64,000 nucleotides of DNA, from NCBI RefSeq assembly GCF_036365525.1, contig NC_090404.1:11250550-11314549 (forward strand), read 5' to 3'. Positions 61,589 through 64,000 of the stretch are shown piece after piece (position 1 is the first letter of the stretch; every line of letters starts with the position of its first letter). The DNA is from Heterodontus francisci. Taxonomy: Eukaryota. Under the pieces are notes generated by a model. The model had not been told where the DNA came from and searched no databases. It saw only the letters and a program-made list of their open reading frames with translations. Made by a program: the position numbers and the translations under genes.

Positions 61589-62542
61589 ATGGAGAGACAC
61601 AAGGACACTCGCACCATGGAGAAACCGTGGAAATGTGGAGTCTGTGAGAAGAGATTCAATTACCCATCCCTGCTGGATGCTCATCGACGTAGTCACACTG
61701 GAGAGAGGCCATTCATCTGCTCTGTGTGTGGGAGCGGGTTCAACAGTTCATCCGACCTGTTGAGACACCAGCGAATTCATACTGGGGAGAGGCCTTTCAC
61801 CTGCTCCGAGTGTGGGAAGGGATTCACTCAGTCATCTCACCTTCTCAAACACCAGCGAATTCACACCAGGGAGAGGCCATTCATCTGCTCTGTGTGTGGG
61901 AGTGGGTTCAACAATTCATCCGACCTGTTGAGACACCAGCGAATTCATACTGGGGAGAGGCCTTTCACCTGCTCCGTGTGTGGGAAGGGATTCACTTGGT
62001 CATCCTCCCTCACTGAACACCAACTTGTTCACACAGAAAGGAGACCTTTCAAGTGTTGTGACTGTGAGGAGACATATAAAAATCAAAATGAGCTGCTGCT
62101 ACACCAACGTACTCACGCTGGGCAGAGGCCATTCACCTGCTCCGTGTGTGGGAAAGGATTTAATCGGTCATACCATCTTCTGCGACACCAGCGAGTTCAC
62201 ACTAGGGAGAGGCCTTTCACCTGCTCTGTGTGTGGGAAGGGATTTGCTCAGTCATCCTCCCTCACTGAACACCAACTTGTTCACACAGAAAGGAGACCTT
62301 TTAAATGTAGTGACTGTGAGATGAGTTTTAAAAGGAAAAATGACCTACTGCTGCACCAACATACTCACACTGGGGAGAGGCCATTCACCTGCTCCGTGTG
62401 TGGGAAAGGATTTACTCGCTCATCCTGCGTTCTGAGACACCAGTGGGTTCACACTGGGGAGAAGCCTTTCACCTGCTCTGTGTGTGGGATGGGGTTTGCT
62501 AATTCAAGCAACCTACTGAGACACCAGCAAGTTCACAAGTAA
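61589..62542 (+). CDS. Tandem C2H2 zinc-finger protein, 11 fingers (exon probably begins at the acceptor at 61250; upstream fingers degenerate)
   Basis: 317-aa ORF with 11 CxxC-12-HxxxH repeats and TGERPF linkers; two broken fingers at ~61370-61580. Confidence 0.88.
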   Translation: MERHKDTRTMEKPWKCGVCEKRFNYPSLLDAHRRSHTGERPFICSVCGSGFNSSSDLLRHQRIHTGERPFTCSECGKGFTQSSHLLKHQRIHTRERPFICSVCGSGFNNSSDLLRHQRIHTGERPFTCSVCGKGFTWSSSLTEHQLVHTERRPFKCCDCEETYKNQNELLLHQRTHAGQRPFTCSVCGKGFNRSYHLLRHQRVHTRERPFTCSVCGKGFAQSSSLTEHQLVHTERRPFKCSDCEMSFKRKNDLLLHQHTHTGERPFTCSVCGKGFTRSSCVLRHQWVHTGEKPFTCSVCGMGFANSSNLLRHQQVHK

Positions 62543-62629
62543 TGGCAGGGATTAGATTCTGTTGTTGCTGTTGTGAATCATATCCAGAACTGAATCCTGA
62601 CTGGAAATCTGTTTCCAGTTTAGTTTCCA

Positions 62630-63065
62630 CAGGGCTCAACAAGCTGCCGCTTGCTTTTCCTCGTATGTATCAATAATTAGACTCAAATGATTAAAAAGTT
62701 TGCAGATGATACAAAAATTGGTCGTGTGGTTAATAATGAGGACGAAAGCTGTAGACTGCAGGAAGATATCAATGGACTGGTCAGGTAGGCAGAAAACTGG
62801 CAAATGGAATTCAACCGAGAGAATTGTCATATATTGCATTTAGGGAGGGAAATAAGGCAAGGGAAACACGGTGAATGGTGGGATCCTGCAAAATGTAGAG
62901 TAACAGAAGGACCTTGGAGTACACATCCACAGATACCTGAATGTAGCAGGACAGGTAGATAAGGTGGTCAAGAAGGCATATGGGATACTTTTGTTTTTTA
63001 GCCAAGGCCTGGAGTATAAGAGCCGGGAGATTATGCTGGAACTGTATAAAACACCAGTTAGATAC
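62630..63065 (+). mobile_element. CR1 LINE fragment
   Basis: AAGTTTGCAGATGATACAAAAATTGG (KFADDTKIG) and downstream CR1 motifs, decayed. Confidence 0.75.
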
Positions 63066-63309
63066 TTTATCATATAATTGCAGTCAGTGTTCAGTTAATC
63101 AGATCTAGGGGAGAATGTTAACTAACAAGTGATAGTGACAATAAAAGATTCTGAATTATTTAGTAAATTATAATCCAATATATATAGATAACAAGAGTTA
63201 AGTAAAACATTTAAGTTAACTCTATATAAAATAGAGTGACATTAACATGAAGGAAGCAAATGACCAGTGACTAGCAGATTAATCTTAATTTCTTTATATC
63301 TTCAGTGTA

Positions 63310-64000
63310 TTCCAGCGAATTTATTCTTTGGCCTCCTTATCTCGACAGACAATGGGTAAGCGCCTGGAGGTGGTCAGTGGTGTGTGGAGCAGCGCCTGGA
63401 TTGGCTGTAAAGGCCAATTCTAGAGTGACAGGCTCTTCCACAGATGCTGCAAAAAAATTTGTTTGTCGGGGCAATTACACAGTTAGCTCTCCCCTTGCGC
63501 CTCTGTCTTTTTTCCTGCCAACTGCGAAGTCTCTTTGACTCGCCACACTTTAGTCCCGCCTTTATGGCTGACCGCCAGCTCTGGTGAACGCTGACAACTG
63601 ACGCCCACGACTTGTGATCAATGTCACAGGATTTCATGTCGCGTTTGCAGGCGTCTTTAAAGTGGAGACAATGATGGCCGGTGGGTCTGATACCAGTGGC
63701 GAGCTCGCTGTACAATGTGTCTTTGGGGATCCTGCCATCTTCCATGCGGCTCACATCGTCAAGCCATCTCAAGCGCCACTGACTCAGTAGTGTGTACAAG
63801 CTGGGGATGTTGGCAGCCTCGAGGACTTCTGTGTTGGAGATACGGTCCTGCCACCTGATGCCAAGTATTCTCCGGAGGCAGCGAATATGGAATGAATTGA
63901 GACGTTGCTCTTGGCTGACATACGTTGTCCAGGCCTCGCTGCCATAGAGCAAGGTACTGAAGACACAGGCTTGATACACTTGGACTTTTGTGTTCTGTGT
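63310..64000 (-). mobile_element. RTE-clade LINE 3' portion (runs off the window)
   Basis: ORF 63374-63979: STLLYGSEAWT...CLRRILGIRWQDRISNTEVL...RMEDGRIPKDTLY...CSICGRACHSRIGL. Confidence 0.88.

Overview
Eukaryotic DNA from a cartilaginous fish (shark-like: HE1-type V-SINEs, Deu-domain SINEs, IgNAR-like V genes), covering part of the T-cell receptor alpha/delta V region. It has three NAR-TCR (IgNAR-like V-D-J) clusters. Cluster 1 (+, 4006-5287) is open-frame with intact RSSs but has no supporting V-delta downstream. Cluster 2 (-, 19607-18680) splices to a leaderless supporting TCR-delta V (15072-14767), and its V and D are ALREADY FUSED in frame in this sequence (apparent germline V-D joining; top finding). 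Cluster 3 (+, 54465-55741) is a pseudogene. There are also three damaged conventional TCR V segments, a ~14.5-kb 28-bp satellite with higher-order structure, an 11-finger C2H2 zinc-finger ORF and a tRNA-Lys pseudogene. Retroelements are dense: CR1, L2, RTE, a tRNA-headed single-ORF LINE, and Penelope-like fragments with minimal hammerhead-ribozyme motifs. Most ORFs in the supplied track are LINE fragments or noise. All calls were made by eye. Antigen-receptor and RSS coordinates were counted base by base; repeat boundaries are approximate. Species and novelty could not be checked.
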